From: Chiloscyllium plagiosum
Taxonomy: Eukaryota
Direction of reading: 5' to 3'
Length of the DNA: 64,000 nucleotides
Assembly: GCF_004010195.1 (NCBI RefSeq)
Contig: NC_057718.1
Location: 40,661,173 to 40,725,172 of the forward strand
Every line of letters starts with the position of its first letter. The first letter of the stretch is position 1. This document shows positions 26,301 to 40,110 of this stretch, piece by piece. A program made the translations under genes and the position numbers. A model generated the notes under the pieces. The model did no database searches, was not told where the DNA came from, and saw only the letters and a program-made list of their open reading frames with translations.

Positions 26301-26689
26301 CTTAATTGCATAACAAGCTGGACAGTAGCCAGTGAAGAGGCTGTTGCTGGGAAGATTGCTGCTGTGGTACTGCAGTATGCAAGGGCAGGCTAGGAATTGG
26401 CACGTGGTCCTCAGATGAAGACTCACCCTGGGCAAGAAAAATCTCTGTCATCTCCATTATAATTGTATCTGGAACTATAGCCCATCTTTTCAAAATTGAC
26501 TTTGACCTGTTCCAGGGCACAAAATTTGATAATGTATCAGAAGTGTGCAGCGGTAATCTGAGTCTTGTCTGAAATTGGACCTTGGGCTGATTCAATTTTA
26601 TAAACAAATTGCTAGCCACTGCGGACCGTGTGCCTCACCAGTGAAATTCAGTTAAGTCCAGCTCAGGGAAGTGAACTTGATCCTTAATC

Positions 26690-26925
26690 ACCCAGAGAGC
26701 AGTTAAGAATGAACGCATTGGTGTGGGTTTGGTGTCAGATGAAGGCCAGACCAGCAGTTTCCTTCCCTAAAGGATAGGTTTTACAGTTGACATTATGTTT
26801 TTTTTTAGATTGCATTGGAATTCCACTATCTGCCATGGAAGGATTTGTACCTTGATCCCCAGTGTACATTACCAGGGTCTCTGGATTGATAATCTATGGC
26901 AATAAAACCATGAGGTCATCACCTC
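26690..26925 (-). mobile_element. Degenerate tRNA-derived SINE
   Basis: Reverse complement begins ggaggtgatgacctcatggttttattgcc...tccagagaccctgg...ttccatggcagatagtggaattcc. Confidence 0.5.
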
Positions 26926-27069
26926 CCCATTCTATTCTGTGCTGCTATTTTTATTTCAGTGATCCATCTTCCACTATACTTCATCTAACCCTCTCAAGGT
27001 ATGTTTTATTCTTGTGCCTTTATTTCCTTCACCCAAAATCAAATACATTTATCTTATTCACCTCACCTA

Positions 27070-27320
27070 CTCCATGTAAAAATTAGTTCCACGTTCTAAC
27101 TACTCTGGCCAAAGAAGTTTCTCCTGAATTCCTTCCTAGATTTATTCGTGACTATCTTATATTTATTACTGCTAGGTTTGGACTTGCCACAGTTGGAAAC
27201 ACCTCTAAATCCACAACCCCTTCATAATTTTAAAGACCTCTATTAGGTCACTCTCACCCTGCACTTTTCTGGAGAAAGCATGCAATCCAGTTCAAACTTC
27301 GCAGTTAATTATAACTTCTC
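27070..27320 (-). mobile_element. Degenerate CR1 ORF2 3' fragment
   Basis: cttcataattttaaagacctctattaggtcac...cttttctggagaaa, the antisense of the RGDLIEV.KIM region. Confidence 0.6.
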
Positions 27321-28899
27321 AGTAAATATTTTTCTTTACCTTCTCAAAAGAACAGTGTAATTATGGAAAATAAAATGAGTGCAGACCTAAGTGTGGAAAG
27401 CTGGTCCATTTCTGGCATGTGTTTGTCAACTCTGCATCTATGAAAGGTTGAATTGAAAACTGGCTGCTTGCATAGCCAGCTACCTTCATTTCAAAACCAA
27501 CAGCACAGTTAATTGTGAAGACCCTGTTGGGAATCACAAACTTGTCTACCCCTATAACAAGAAAAGATAACAACTTTTTAATATGTTTTTCCTGATTGGT
27601 TAGTTTATGTTGTACACACTTACAAACTATGATTCTTTAATATAGAAGGATCCTCAGATTTTACCTTTTTTTAAAATACTATTCATTGTTACATTAACAA
27701 AATGGCTGCATTCACTTCCATCTTTGTACTTTGTAAAGCAGAAGATCAATGATGTCAGAAGAGGGGATTCAGACCAGCTGTATAATGAAATCTTAAACAC
27801 CACATTTGTTTTCAAATTTGAGCAGCTAGGGAATGGTAAAAGTAGAAATAATAGAATCCTGTTGAAATGTTATCTTGACATTGACTCAGCTGACTTGAAT
27901 GAATAGTTCTGTTTCTGTACACTCATAGCTTAAGACATTATGAAATGATTGTGAGCCATTAATCTTAAGAAAACTTTAATAATAATGGTGAAAAAACATT
28001 TAATAAAGGTTTATCTATTAGAATTTTGTAATTTATTTTGTAAAGATTACAGTTTTGTGTAAGGTAGAAATGTTTTGAAATTACTTCATTCTCAAGTGCT
28101 GATTGATTTTGACTTAGAATATAAATAATGATTATTACAGATTTTGCATTTCAAAGTTTTTGTAAATCATTGGTTTAGGTTTGGTAAACTACTGGAGTAT
28201 GACTGGAGTTGAGTGTTTCATTGGATTTTATTTTAACAATAAAAATAAATTTAATTTAATATGACCTTTGACTTATCAAATCAAGCAACTCAAAAGGATG
28301 CCATTCCATCATCCTGTCTATTGAAAAATCTATCCAATAGATTCTACTCCACCTTTCATAAAATTGTAAAAGACAAGGAGACAACAAAATGAGTAAAATA
28401 AAGACCTGGGAGAGAAAATTAACGAATGTGTGTCAATATTTCCATTCTACAATAACCAGCACAATTTTCTGAAATAAATTATAGGCTGCATGACCAGGTA
28501 GCTAGATGTAAATTTTAAAACGTTTTAAACCATCACGGCATTTATTTGACTTCAGGAACATCTTGTGGTTTTGAGACCTTTGACTTTGCTGTGTTAGGGT
28601 TTGCAAGTCTCGGACAGAGTATTTGATTACTCGCTTGTGGGGTGTGTGCGTGCTGTGGTGACAGTTTGGGAATACTGACCGACAGAAAGAAATGGAAACT
28701 TCTGCCCATGGAACCAAACATGGACCTTGGATGAAGGTCGCTGAGAGATGTCTTCAAGCTATGGTTGGATGCCAGGTGGTGACCAATCTACCAGTGGAGA
28801 AAACTACTTTTAAAAGGAACACGATTCTATTTCAAGCAAGTCAGTAAAATGCAATGGCAAAATTGTTGGATAATACATGCAGTTTTTGATAACTTGAGT

Positions 28900-29338
28900 T
28901 TATTTTTAATTCATTTTGGGGATGTGCCTAGGAGGTGGGGAGCTGACTTCTTCAAATATTGCAGGCCATGGCAGGAGGTAAATTGGGTGCTCCTTGATTT
29001 TGACCCAGGGACAGTGAAGTTCCAAGTCAGGATGATGTATGGCTTAGAGTGGAATTTGGAGCGAGTGGTGTTTCTTTGCATTTGCTGCTCTTTGTCCTTA
29101 CAGGACCCAAAGGCTATGGGTTTGGAACGTACTGTCTAAGGAATTTTGGTGTAATATTGCAGGGCTCCTTTCGATGGTAAAAAATGCTGCCACTGTGCAT
29201 TCATGTTGGAGGGAGTGAATGTTTAAGGTAGCCGATGGATAGACAATCAAGTGGTTTGCTTTTTCCTAGATTGTGTTGAACTTATTGAGTGTCATTACAG
29301 TGGCACTTAACCAGGCAAGCAGGAAGTCCTCCATCACC
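28900..29338 (-). mobile_element. Older CR1-clade LINE 3' region
   Basis: Homologous to 37010-37480. Confidence 0.6.
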
Positions 29339-31065
29339 TGAGAACAGAAATCGCTGGTGAAAATCAGCAGGTCTGGCAGCACCTGTGGGGAGAAAGCAAA
29401 GTCAGCACAGAGAATAAGTCAGCAGCTCTGAGATGTAGCCTGGTCTAATCTGTGTGCTTTGCTCCTGCGTGCATTGTGTCCCTGCTGCAGACTTTCACTG
29501 CTGTTAGCAGTGTGCATTTTCTGTACTTCCTAAATAGCGTGTAAGTGGATCAGAGAGATAGTGGTGAGGGATTGGCAAATGCCTGATTCCAATCTCTCTG
29601 GATGAGGGGTGCTTCTGGCTGGATTCTGAGGAGTGTGCCCTGCGGTGCATTTTGGTTGTTAGTAACAGGAAAGCTCTTCACAGCCAGCAGCAAGAAGTTG
29701 CCAGGCCTCTGCTCTGACTTCCCTGTCAAGATTTTTAAATGTCTATCCTGTTTAGTGCATTTGGTAAGATAGGGAGCTGCAAATTAATCAGGGGCAAGTT
29801 GGGCTATTACTTAGGTGTTTGACAATCGATAATCCTCCTTAACAGGCAATGTGCTGCTGCCTTGTGAGAAACTTGCCTTGCTGTTTAGCCAACCCATAAA
29901 ACATAGAGCGAGATTTTCTTGATGTCTTGCCCAAATCTGTCATAAATATCACCAGAGCCCACGGCACTCAGACTCCTGCCAGATTCCATGCCACAATTCT
30001 TAAGGTAATTGATGAAAATGCAATTTTTTTTTTCAAAGTTGTTGAACTTTCTCAATATTTAATATTATTGTATATGGAAAACATAATGATGTACTGGATT
30101 CCACAACTTTAACAATCTGAACTGAGTATCTTTGAGATTAATATTTAGCAAACGTAGCTGGTTAAATAATTGACAAAGGGTTATGTTAGCCTACCTTTCT
30201 CATAGCACCATTTCAGCAGAAGTAATATGAACAGATAACAGAATCAGGAAGTGTAATGTACATGCCAGCTTTTATTAAAAGTGAGTGTTCTGGTCCCTGC
30301 AGCTATAATGTGTGTTCGACCATTAGTCAGGTGTATGGTTTCCCAAAAGGGTAGGCACAGTGAGGCCTTTGTCAAAGCCTGATGTTAGCAGAACAATCCA
30401 GCTACTGTGCACAGATCAACACTCATCTCAGAATTATTGAGCATTTCCATCTCCTGGGACAATGTACTTGTGACTGCTTGTAAGATTGCGGAAAATACTA
30501 ATGAAATCTGTCACGACAGTCAGTCTATATTTTAAATAGTGTCATTAAATCCAACAGATGCTGAATGCTTAGTCTTCCATGCCTGTCAAGAAAACACATT
30601 GATAATCCCATGTTCTGTCATTAAAAAGATACTTTTACCTGAACTTTTCAAAGTTCTTGCATGATTCCTTTGAAACGCAGTTCACCTCATATTTTTGATA
30701 TGTAAATCAATGAATGATTGTAGCTTTAGCCTCTTTAACTTCGCCTTAAAGCTTCATTTTTTTTTGCTGTCAGAATTTATGTTTAGTATGTAATCATTTT
30801 ATATTCATTACTTTACATATGCCAGAGAAATATGTGTTAAAAGTCCAGGTCAGGAGGAAGCTTGGTTCCTTTGATTATTTCTCCCTGGTGTTTTAAGCTT
30901 CAACTTGCAGAGTTCACGGACATAACAAATCACCGAAAGTAAATCACATCAATGCCTCTGCTATGAGCAGCTGGTTAACCGCTTACTCCTCTACGCTATT
31001 TAAAAATCTTTCAACTTACAAGTTCATATAGAACATAGGTTTACTACATTTCTCAAATAATATTG

Positions 31066-31328
31066 AAAATCACACAACACATTTGGAGATGCTGGTGTTG
31101 GACTGGGGTGTACAAAGTTAAAAATCACACAACACCAGGATATAGTCCAACAGGTTTAATTGGAAGCGCTAGATTTCAGAACGATGCTCCTTCATCATTG
31201 TGTACAACTTGATGAAGGAGCAGTGCTCCGAAAGCTAGTGCTTCCAATTAACGCTGTTGGACGATACCCTGGTGTTGTGTGATTTTTAACTTTGTACACC
31301 CCAGTCCAACACCAGCATCTCCAAATCG
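31066..31328. mobile_element. Fold-back PLE-terminus element, family B
   Basis: About 118-bp inverted arms (atttggagatgctggtgttgg ... ccaacaccagcatctccaaat); hammerhead motif at about 31209-31240; TSD caaataa(t/a)attg at 31054-31065 and 31329-31340. Confidence 0.85.
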
Positions 31329-31718
31329 CAAATAAAATTGCTTTGTCTTGGCACTCATGATTGCACTCAGTGTTTTAATCATTCACTGAAATTCTGCAAT
31401 ATCTTTAAATATTGCCTTGTGTTTTTTTTCAAAGAACATGCATTTTTCTATTAGCGCTTTTGTTAGGGTATGACATGGATATGCCTATTCTGCTCAAAGC
31501 GAGGTCCTTGGTTTGCTGCTTATTCTAAGTGACTTTTGTCAGTGTCGTTTCTCATTACCTCCAAACCCTCACAGGTAGGGTGACAAATTTGGTCCCAGTA
31601 AAGGATATTCACATAGTCACATACTTTCACATAGTCAATTTACTTCAGCCAGAATGGCAATTAGACACATGCTGCTGGTTTTATTCTGAACTACGTGCTA
31701 GTTATTTAATTTAATCAG

Positions 31719-31915
31719 GAGAAAGTGAGGACTGCAGATACTGGAGATCAGAGCTGAAAAATGTGTTGCTGGAAAAGTGCAGCAGGTCAGGCAGCATCCA
31801 AGGAGCAGGAGAATCGAAGTTTTGGGCATAAGCCCTTCTTCTGAAACGTCAATTCTCCTGCTCCTTGGATGCTGCCTGACCTGCTGCGCTTTTCCAGCAA
31901 CACATTTTTCAGATC
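31719..31915. mobile_element. Fold-back PLE-terminus element, family A
   Basis: Inverted arms joined inside the hammerhead motif (about 31840); TSD taatttaa(t/c)cag at 31707-31718 and 31916-31927. Confidence 0.85.
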
Positions 31916-33129
31916 TAATTTAACCAGCCTCCCTTGGTTAACAACCAATATGCAATTCATTATGTGAAAAGGGCTTGTTCTTAGACACTACCAGATCTAA
32001 AGCATCGCAAAAAAAAGGCCTTAATTGACATATTTTCCCATTGTTCCTTTCAATTTAAAAAGCACCTTGTCACTGTTGGGGATGTCATCAGCAGGGCTCG
32101 TGAGGTAGCGAGCTCACCGTCTGGGTGACAGCACGTGATGCCTTGTCTTATCAAACCGGTAGCAAAATATGTTAGTGCAGTTACTACAGACTCACTTTCC
32201 TTTAAATTTGCCATCACTCGCCCACTTCTCAAAACCTTTCACCCTAAGGAGCTACCTTTGATCCCCTTCTATTACTCGTCAAGCAATTGCCCCATCTTTA
32301 TCATCTGAAAGCGCAATGTTACTTTGCATGCATCTACCGCCACTTCTCCAAATGTCTTTTTTTAGACAATACAGCATAAAAAATTAATAATCTTTTAATG
32401 AATCTCAAAGTTCAGCCAGAGTTTAAACTAGGGATCATTCTTGAACTTTCTCTTTACAGCAGCATATGAAATATCCTTTTAAAATGGTGATGACCAGAAT
32501 TGCACATTGTGTTCCATGTCTAGCCTGACAAGTGTAATGTAAATTCTCTGTAGACTAATACTCTATTTCACTGGTTACATATTCGAAAAAGTTATTTTTC
32601 TTCTTAAATTACTTCTCCATATTATCTTGAGATTGCAGGGAAGCTACTGTGGTTTCAATTTCTCCTTGTGCTAATTCTATTCCCTTTATTGAATCCCTGC
32701 ACTATGTAATAATTGCATGTTCCAAAGTTACATTTAATTTTCCATTAGGCTGTCCAGCTGTAGAATGGGTTTAAAACTTTTTGTTTTTATAGTTATCAAG
32801 TTGACATTAATTAATCAATAAAGCATTAGATTGTGCCTCCTCCATTCCCAACCTTAAGATCAAATGCAAAACTTATAATTATGTTGCTTAGTGAATTTTT
32901 TTCAGACATTTCACCTAATGTTTCTGCTAATGTACTAAACTGATTCTCCTGTCTCCCCACCAATTAGATAAGCAAACAAAATTGTGATCCATGATGTGAA
33001 TTGGCCTCCAACAGGATGTTTTACCTGATGTAGCAATATTTGTGTTATCTCCTGTAACATAAGAAACTGAGTGTGGATATCATGATATTGAAGAATCTAA
33101 TATACATTTGTGACAACTAACTAAAATGA

Positions 33130-33780
33130 ACAAAGTTAAAAATCACACAACACCAGGTTATATTCCAACAGGTTTATTTGGAAGCACTAGCTTTCAGAGC
33201 GCTGCTCCTTCATCAGGTGGTTGGGAGTGTAAAATCATAAGACACAGCATTTATAACAAAATTTTACAGTGTGATGCAACTGAAATTGTATTGGAGAGAT
33301 ATGGGCCGGGTGCTGGCAGGTGGGACAAGATTGGGTTGGGATATCTGGTCGGCATGGACAGGTTGGACCGAAGGGTCTGTTTCCGTGCTGTACATCTCTA
33401 TGACTCTATGACTCTATGACCTAGATTATTTGTTAAGTTTCTCATCTTTTAGAATTACCATGTTGGTTTTAGTTCTTTCATATGTAAATCCCAGAACCTT
33501 TTTTTAAAGTTGCATTCTCAAGTGAAATAGATGCCATGTGGGCTCAGATAATGCATTGAAGGTGCGAGGTGCCCTGTATGAGGCTATATTTCAGTTGCAT
33601 CACACTGTAAACTTTTGCTATAAATCCTATGTCTTACGATCTTATACTCCACAACCACCTGATGAAGGAACAGTGCTCCAAAAGCTAGTGCTTCCAAATA
33701 AACCAGTTGGACTATAATCTGTTGTTGTGTGATTTTTAACTTTGTACAGCCCAGTCCAACACCGACACCTCCAAATCACA
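33130..33780. mobile_element. Longer fold-back family B PLE element with a nested CR1 tail
   Basis: About 160-bp inverted arms; hammerhead motifs at 33185-33219 (-) and 33656-33690 (+); CR1 3' tail inserted at about 33295-33420. Confidence 0.8.
33185..33219 (-). ncRNA. Minimal hammerhead ribozyme motif (family B), core intact
   Basis: CAC-CUGAUGA-A-GGAGC-agc-GCUCU-GAAA-G-CUA-GUG. Confidence 0.6.
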
Positions 33781-34275
33781 TAATAGCAAACATTAGATTC
33801 CCAAGGCACAGAAGTATCCTGGCTAATATTAAGCTACTAATGTACACTTCAGCAGGATACACTCAGCAGAGTGTCATGCTTCAAGTGATTTGAGTTAAGA
33901 TGGGGTATGAGATCTTTATATCCTCAGGTCATTTGCAATGGTGGTATCAAGTCCTACCAGATCCAAAGGTGTAGAATACCATCTCAGAACAGGTTGCTTC
34001 GAAAATATGATACTGATATATTCACTATGAGAATGAAACAACGTCCCTTTTCTTCCAAAGACAAAAGCTCATCTCAAGCAAATAAACATGATTGGATGTA
34101 GGCACTTGTCAAGTTGATAATGATAGAAACAGATAAGGTGGACTTGGCACACTCCAAATTTATGGTCTGGACCAGTTGCATATTCCAGAAACCTTTGCTG
34201 GTATCCAAACATTTTTATTTGTATTTCTAACTTTGAATCTCTGGCCCAGCATGCAGCTTACTCATTGCCTATCTC

Positions 34276-36826
34276 ATAGAGTCATAGAGATGTGCAGCAT
34301 GGAAACAGACCCTTCGGTCCAACCCATCCATGCTGACCAGATATCCCAACCCAATCTAATCCGACCTGCCAGCACTCGGCCCATATCCCTCCAAACCCTT
34401 CCTATTCATATACCCATCCAAATGCCTCTTAAATGTTGCAATTGTACCAGTCTCCATCACATCCTCTGGTAGCTCATTCCATACATGCACCACCCTCTGC
34501 ATGAAAAAGTTGCCCCTTAGGTCTCTTTTATATCATTCCCCTCTCACCCTAAACCCATGCCCTCTAGTTCTGGACTCCGCATTCCCAGGGAAAAGACTTT
34601 GTCTATTTATCCTATCCATGCTCCTCATAATTTTGTAAACCTCTATAAGGTCACCCCTCAGCCTCCGACGCTCTAGGGAAAACAGCCCCAGCCTGTTCAG
34701 CCCCTCCCCATAGCTCAAATCCTCCAACCCTGGCAACATGAATGGAAATCTTTTCTGAACCCTTTCAAGTTTCACAAAATCTTTTCGATAGGAAGGAGAC
34801 CAGAATTGCATGCAATATTCCAACAGTGACCTAACCAATGTCCTGTACAGCCATAACATGACCTCCCAATTCCTGTACTCAATACTCTGACCAATAAAAG
34901 AAAGCATATCAAATGCCTTCTTCACTATCCTACCTACCTGTGACTCCATTTTCAAGAAGCTATGAACTTGCACTTCAAGGTCTCTTTGTTCAGCAACACT
35001 CTCTAGGACCTTACCATTAAGTGTATAAGTCCTGCTAAGATTTGCTTTCCCAAAATGCAGCACCTCGCATTTATCTGAATTAAACTCCATCTGCCCATTG
35101 GCCCACCTGGTCAAGATCCTGTTGTAATCTGAGGTAACCTTCTCCACTACACCTCCAATTTTGGTGTCATCTGCAAACATACTAACCATACCTCTTATGC
35201 TCGCGTTCAAATCATTCATATAAATGACAAAAAGCAGAGGACCCAGCACCGATCCTTGTGGTACTCCACTGGTCACAGGCCTTCAGTCCGAAAAACAACC
35301 CTCCACCACCTCCCTCTGTCTTCTACCTTTGAGCCAGTTCTGTATCCAAATGGCTAGTTCTCCCTGTATTCCATGAAATCTAACCTTGCTAACCAGTCTC
35401 CCATGGGGAACCTTGTCAAACGCCTTACTGAAGTCAATATAAATCACATCTACCTCTCTGCCCTCATCAATCCTCTTTGTTACTTCTTCAAAAAACTCAA
35501 TCAAGTTTGTGAGACATGATTTCCCACGCACAAAGCCATGTTGACTGTCCCTAATCAGTCCTTGCCTTTCCAAATACATGTACATCCTGTCCCTCAGGAT
35601 TCCCTCCAACAACTTGCCCGCCACAGACATCAGGCTCACTGGTCTATAGTTCCCTAGCTTGTCCTTACTACCCTTTTTCAACAGTGGCACCAGGTTAGGT
35701 GTCTTCTGGCACCTCACCTGTGACTATCGATGATACAGATATCTCAGCAAAAGGCCCAGCAATCACTTCCCTAGCTTTCCACAGAGTTCTAGGGTACACC
35801 TGATCACGTCCTGGGGATTTATCCACCTTTATGCGTTTCAGGACATCCAGCAGTTCCTCCTCTGTAATATGGACATTTTGCAAGATGTTGCCATCTATTT
35901 TGCTACTTTCTATATCTTCCATATCCTTTTCCACAGTAAATACCAATGCAAAATACTCATTTTGTATTTCCCCCATTTTTTCTGGCTCCACACAAAGTCT
36001 GCCTTGCTGATTTGGAGGGCCCCTATTCTCTCCCCAGTTATCCTTTTGTCCTTAATGTATTTGTAAAAATCCTTTGGATTCTCCTTAATTCTATTTGCCA
36101 AGGCTATTTCATGCCCCCTTTTTGCCCTCCTGATTTCCCTCTTAAGGAAACTCCTACTGCCTTTATACTCTTCTAAGGATTCACTCAATCTATCCTGTCT
36201 ATACATTACATATACTTCCTTCTTTTTCTTAACCAAACCCTCAATTTATTTAGTCATCTAGCATTCTCTATACCTACCAGTCTTTCCTTTCACCCTGACA
36301 GGAATATACTTTCTCTGGATTCTTGTTATCTCATTTCTGAAGGCTTCCCATTTTCCAGCTGTCCCTTTACCTGCCAACATCTGTCCCCAATCAGCTTTCA
36401 AAAGTTGTTGCCTAATACCATCAAAATTGTCCTTTCTCCAATTTAGAACTTCAACTTTTAGGTCTGGTCTACCCTTTTCCATCACTATTTTAAATCTAAT
36501 AGAATTATGGTCACTGGCCCCAAAATGCTCCCCCACTGACACCTCAGTCACCTGCCCTGCCTTATTTCCCAAGAGTAGGTCAGGTTTTGCACCTTCTCTA
36601 GTAGGTACATCCACATACTGAATCAGAAAATTTTCTTGTACACACTTAAGAAATTCCTCTCCATCTAAACCCTTAACACTTCGGCAGTCGCAGTCTATGT
36701 TTGGAAAGTTAAAATCCCCTATTCTTACAGATAGCTGAGATCGCCTTACAAGTTTGTTTCTCAATTTCCCGCTGCGTATTAGGGTTGTCTATAATACAAT
36801 CTCAATAAGGTGATCATCCCTTTCTT
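34276..36826 (-). mobile_element. CR1 LINE, 5'-truncated, ORF2 (APE endonuclease C-half plus RT) with frameshifts
   Basis: GDFNFPNID, SDHNSI, NYRPVSL, QHGF..GKSCLTNL, DFSKAFDKVPH, GVPQGSVLGPLLF, FADDTK; (catagagt)n tail. Confidence 0.95.
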
Positions 36827-36989
36827 CACACTCACCATGTGTCTCTTATGTTCCACTCTGACTTTGGAGAAGAATATCCTGCAACATTTCCATTTGCCTT
36901 CAAGCATGAGTTGTGCTGGGGGTGGTATTCCTTTCTCGATTGCTATTGCATGAACTGTAGCAATGCAAAGTGTAAATTTTTTTTTCATT

Positions 36990-38495
36990 TGTAGTTCATG
37001 AGTGCTGCTGGCTGGCCAGCTTTTATTGCTGTCCCTAACTGCCCTTGAGAAAGTGATGGTGAGCTGTCTTGAACTAATGTAGCCCATATACTGCTGTGGG
37101 TTGATCCACACTGTTGTTAGGAAAAGGATTCCAGGATTTTGACTTAGTGACAGTGAAAGAACTGCAATGCATTTCCATGTCAGGATGGTGAGTGGCTTGG
37201 AGAGGAACTTGCAGGTGCTGGTGATCTCATGCATTGGTTGCCCTTGTCCATCTAGATGATAGTGTCATGGGTTTGGAAGGTGTTGTCTAAGTATCCTTGG
37301 TGAATTTCTGCAGTGCATCTTGTAGTTAGTACACACTACTGCTACTGAGCATCAGTGGTGGATGGAGTGGAAGCTTTTGGATGTGGTGCCAATCAGGCGG
37401 TCTGCTTTCTCCTGTATGGTGTTAAGCTTCTTGAATGTCGTTGAAGCTGCACTCATCCAGGCAAGTTGGGATCCCTTTACACTCCTTACTTATGTCTTAT
37501 AGATGGTGGACAGACATTTGGGAGTCAGAAGGTGAGTTACTCACCTTCCTAATGGTCCTAGCAACTGACTAGCTCTTGTAGACACTCTGTTTACAGTCAC
37601 ATGTCCAGTTGAATTTCTGGTGAATGGTAACCCCAAGGATTCAATACTCATGGATTCAGTGATGATAGAGTCATAGAGATGCACAGCATGGAAACAGACC
37701 CTTCGGTCCAACTTGTCCATGCTGACCAGATATCCCAATCCAATCTAGTCCCACCTGCTAGCACCCGGCTCATATCCCTCCAAACCCTTCCTATTCATAT
37801 ACCCATCCAGATGCCTTTTAAATGTTGCAATTGTACTAGTCTCCACCATTTCCTCTGGCAGCTCATTCCATAGACATACAAACCTCTGCATGAAAAAGTT
37901 GCCCCTTAGGTCTCTTTTATATCTGAACCCCTCTCACTCTAAACCAATGCCCTCTCGTTCTGGACTCCCCCACCTCAGCAAAGAGATTTTGCCTATTTAT
38001 CCTATTCATGCCCCTCATGATTTTATAAACCTTTTTAAATGTCAAGGGGTCATGTTTAAATTGTGTCTTATTGGAGATTGTCATTACCTGGCATCTGTGT
38101 GGTGCAAATGTTACTTGCCACTTGTCAGCCCAAGCCTGGATATTGTCCAGATCATGTTGCATTCGAAAAGGGATTGCTTTAGTACCTGAGGAGTCGTAAA
38201 TGGTGCTGAACATTGTGCAATTGTCGGTGAACATCCCCACTTCTGACCTTATGATGGAGGGAAAGTCATTAATGAAGCAGCTGATGATGGTTGGGCCTAG
38301 GACATGACCCTGAGGAACTCCGGCAGAGATATCCTGGAGCTGAGATGATTGACCTCCGACAATCAGAAATACCTTCTGATGTGCCAGGTATGTCTCCAAC
38401 CAGATTTCAGATTTGCTAAGGCTCCTTGATGCCACACTTGATTGAATGCAGCCTTGATGTCAAACGCTGTCACTCTTACCTCACCTCTGGAATTT
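36990..38495 (-). mobile_element. Older CR1-clade LINE (RT to 3' end) interrupted by a young CR1 tail
   Basis: ORF 37917..38435 contains GVPQGHVLGPTIISCFINDFPSIIRSEVGMFTDN. Confidence 0.85.
37666..38031 (-). mobile_element. Young CR1 3' fragment nested in an older LINE
   Basis: Near-identical to 34276-34640. Confidence 0.9.
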
Positions 38496-38989
38496 GTTGC
38501 TTGGCACTTAATGGAATTGTTTTCATAGTACATAGCTTATATTCTGCTATGCCATTTGAACATGGATAAATGGGTGACAATGTAATATGGATCACCCTCC
38601 ATTTTATACACATGCCTATAAAATGGTGTGCCAGTGTATTGCTGTCGAATGTCAGACATCATCTGATCTAGGACTCTGAATGAATGGAAATAGCACTCAT
38701 TATGTCAACAAAGGTTTTGCTTGTTGTGTTGCTTTGTTGCAAATCAATGGGAAATTTCGAGAAGTAATCCATCACAAGGATCCTCTCCATATATGAATAG
38801 GTCTATTGCTAATTTTGTTTCAGGAGAGAATGAAATGTTGTGTAGATGAAGTAGCTCCCTCCAATGCTGCAGTTGATATATCCGGCAAGTTTCTCATGCA
38901 TTCATAAATAATTATATGTCCTGATTCATCCCTAGACAGTACACAGACTCATGCAAGCTGTCTTGTGCATTCAATACCCATGTGTCCCT

Positions 38990-39205
38990 GATGTATCAGT
39001 TAGTTCAGTTGGCTGGATGGCTGGTGAGTGATGCTAACTTCATGGGTTCAGTTCTTGCACTGACTGAGATTACCATGAAGAATTCCTTTCTCAATCTTTC
39101 TCCTTTGCCTGAGATGTGATGACAGTCAGCTTAAGCCACCACCCATCATCTCTATCTAATGAGAGAGCAGTCTTATGGTCTATAGCAGGACTATCACAAC
39201 TTTGC
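38990..39205 (+). mobile_element. tRNA-derived SINE
   Basis: A-box-like tagttcagttgg and B-box-like gggttcagttc; body shared with 25590-25785. Confidence 0.6.
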
Positions 39206-39569
39206 CCTTGCTTGGTCTTTATGAGTTGAGCGATCCATTTAGCATGTCAGACATAATGGACCTCGTATAAAAACTGACAATGCTGGAGAGACTCAGCCCC
39301 TGTGTAGAGAAAAAATGTATTGCTTTGAGTCAGAAATGAATTTTTTTTCAATCTGAAAGGAATCTGACAATGATATTTTTAATTGTTGACGGGGGAGGGG
39401 AGACATGTGTAGAACTGATGGTGAGTGTGGCAAGCACAAAAGACAAATGGAATCCTAATATTAGTAAAGGAGAAATAGAGACGTAAAATGGGTAAAAATG
39501 ATCGGTGTGAAGAAGAGTAACCAGGTCCACTCTGCTGAGAACAAAAGCTGACTGGGCATAAATAAAAGA

Positions 39570-39850
39570 TTAGATTACAGGCCCTTTAGCTCAACAAATC
39601 CACATTGACCCTCCAAAGAGCAACCCACCCAGACCCATTCCCCTACATCTATCACTATGGGCAAATTAGCATGGCCAATTCACCTAACCTGCACATCTTT
39701 GGACTGTGGGAGGAAACCAGAGCACCCAGAGGAAACGCACACAGATACAGGGAGAATGTGCAAACTCCACACAGATAATTGCCTGAGGCGGGAATTGAAC
39801 CCAGGTCTCTGTCGCTGTGAGGCAGCAGTGCTAACCACTGTGCCACCATG
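39570..39850 (-). mobile_element. HE1-type V-SINE nested in the PLE
   Basis: Reverse complement of the 14185-14502 family. Confidence 0.9.
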
Positions 39851-40110
39851 GCTGGGTAGGTGGAAGGGGAAGGTGTTGTAATCAAAGTGGAGGACTGAGG
39901 ACATGCTCAGCAGTTGTTGAACTTAATATGTTGAGTCTTTGAGGCTGTAAGGAGCCTAAGGAGAAAATTAGGTTTAGTTCCTCCAACTTGGGTTGAGCTT
40001 TGTTGGCACATTGTAGCAGGCTCGAAATGAAAATGTCAGGATGGGATCAAGATTGAAAGATCAACTGGAAGGTTGGAGTCATTCTTGTGGACAAATTGGA
40101 GGTGCTCCAC

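Noticed and set aside
25810..26450. GC-richer stretch with a Q-rich peptide (PQQQSSQQQP)
   Set aside because: It is interrupted by a PLE insertion, the frames close quickly and I recognise no family.
29400..30000. Additional Harbinger-like terminal fragments (also near 7470, 23310 and 44430)
   Set aside because: The resemblance is only compositional; no TIR pair or coding motif could be confirmed.
34533..36764. Long ORFs as host genes
   Set aside because: They are frameshifted pieces of CR1 ORF2.
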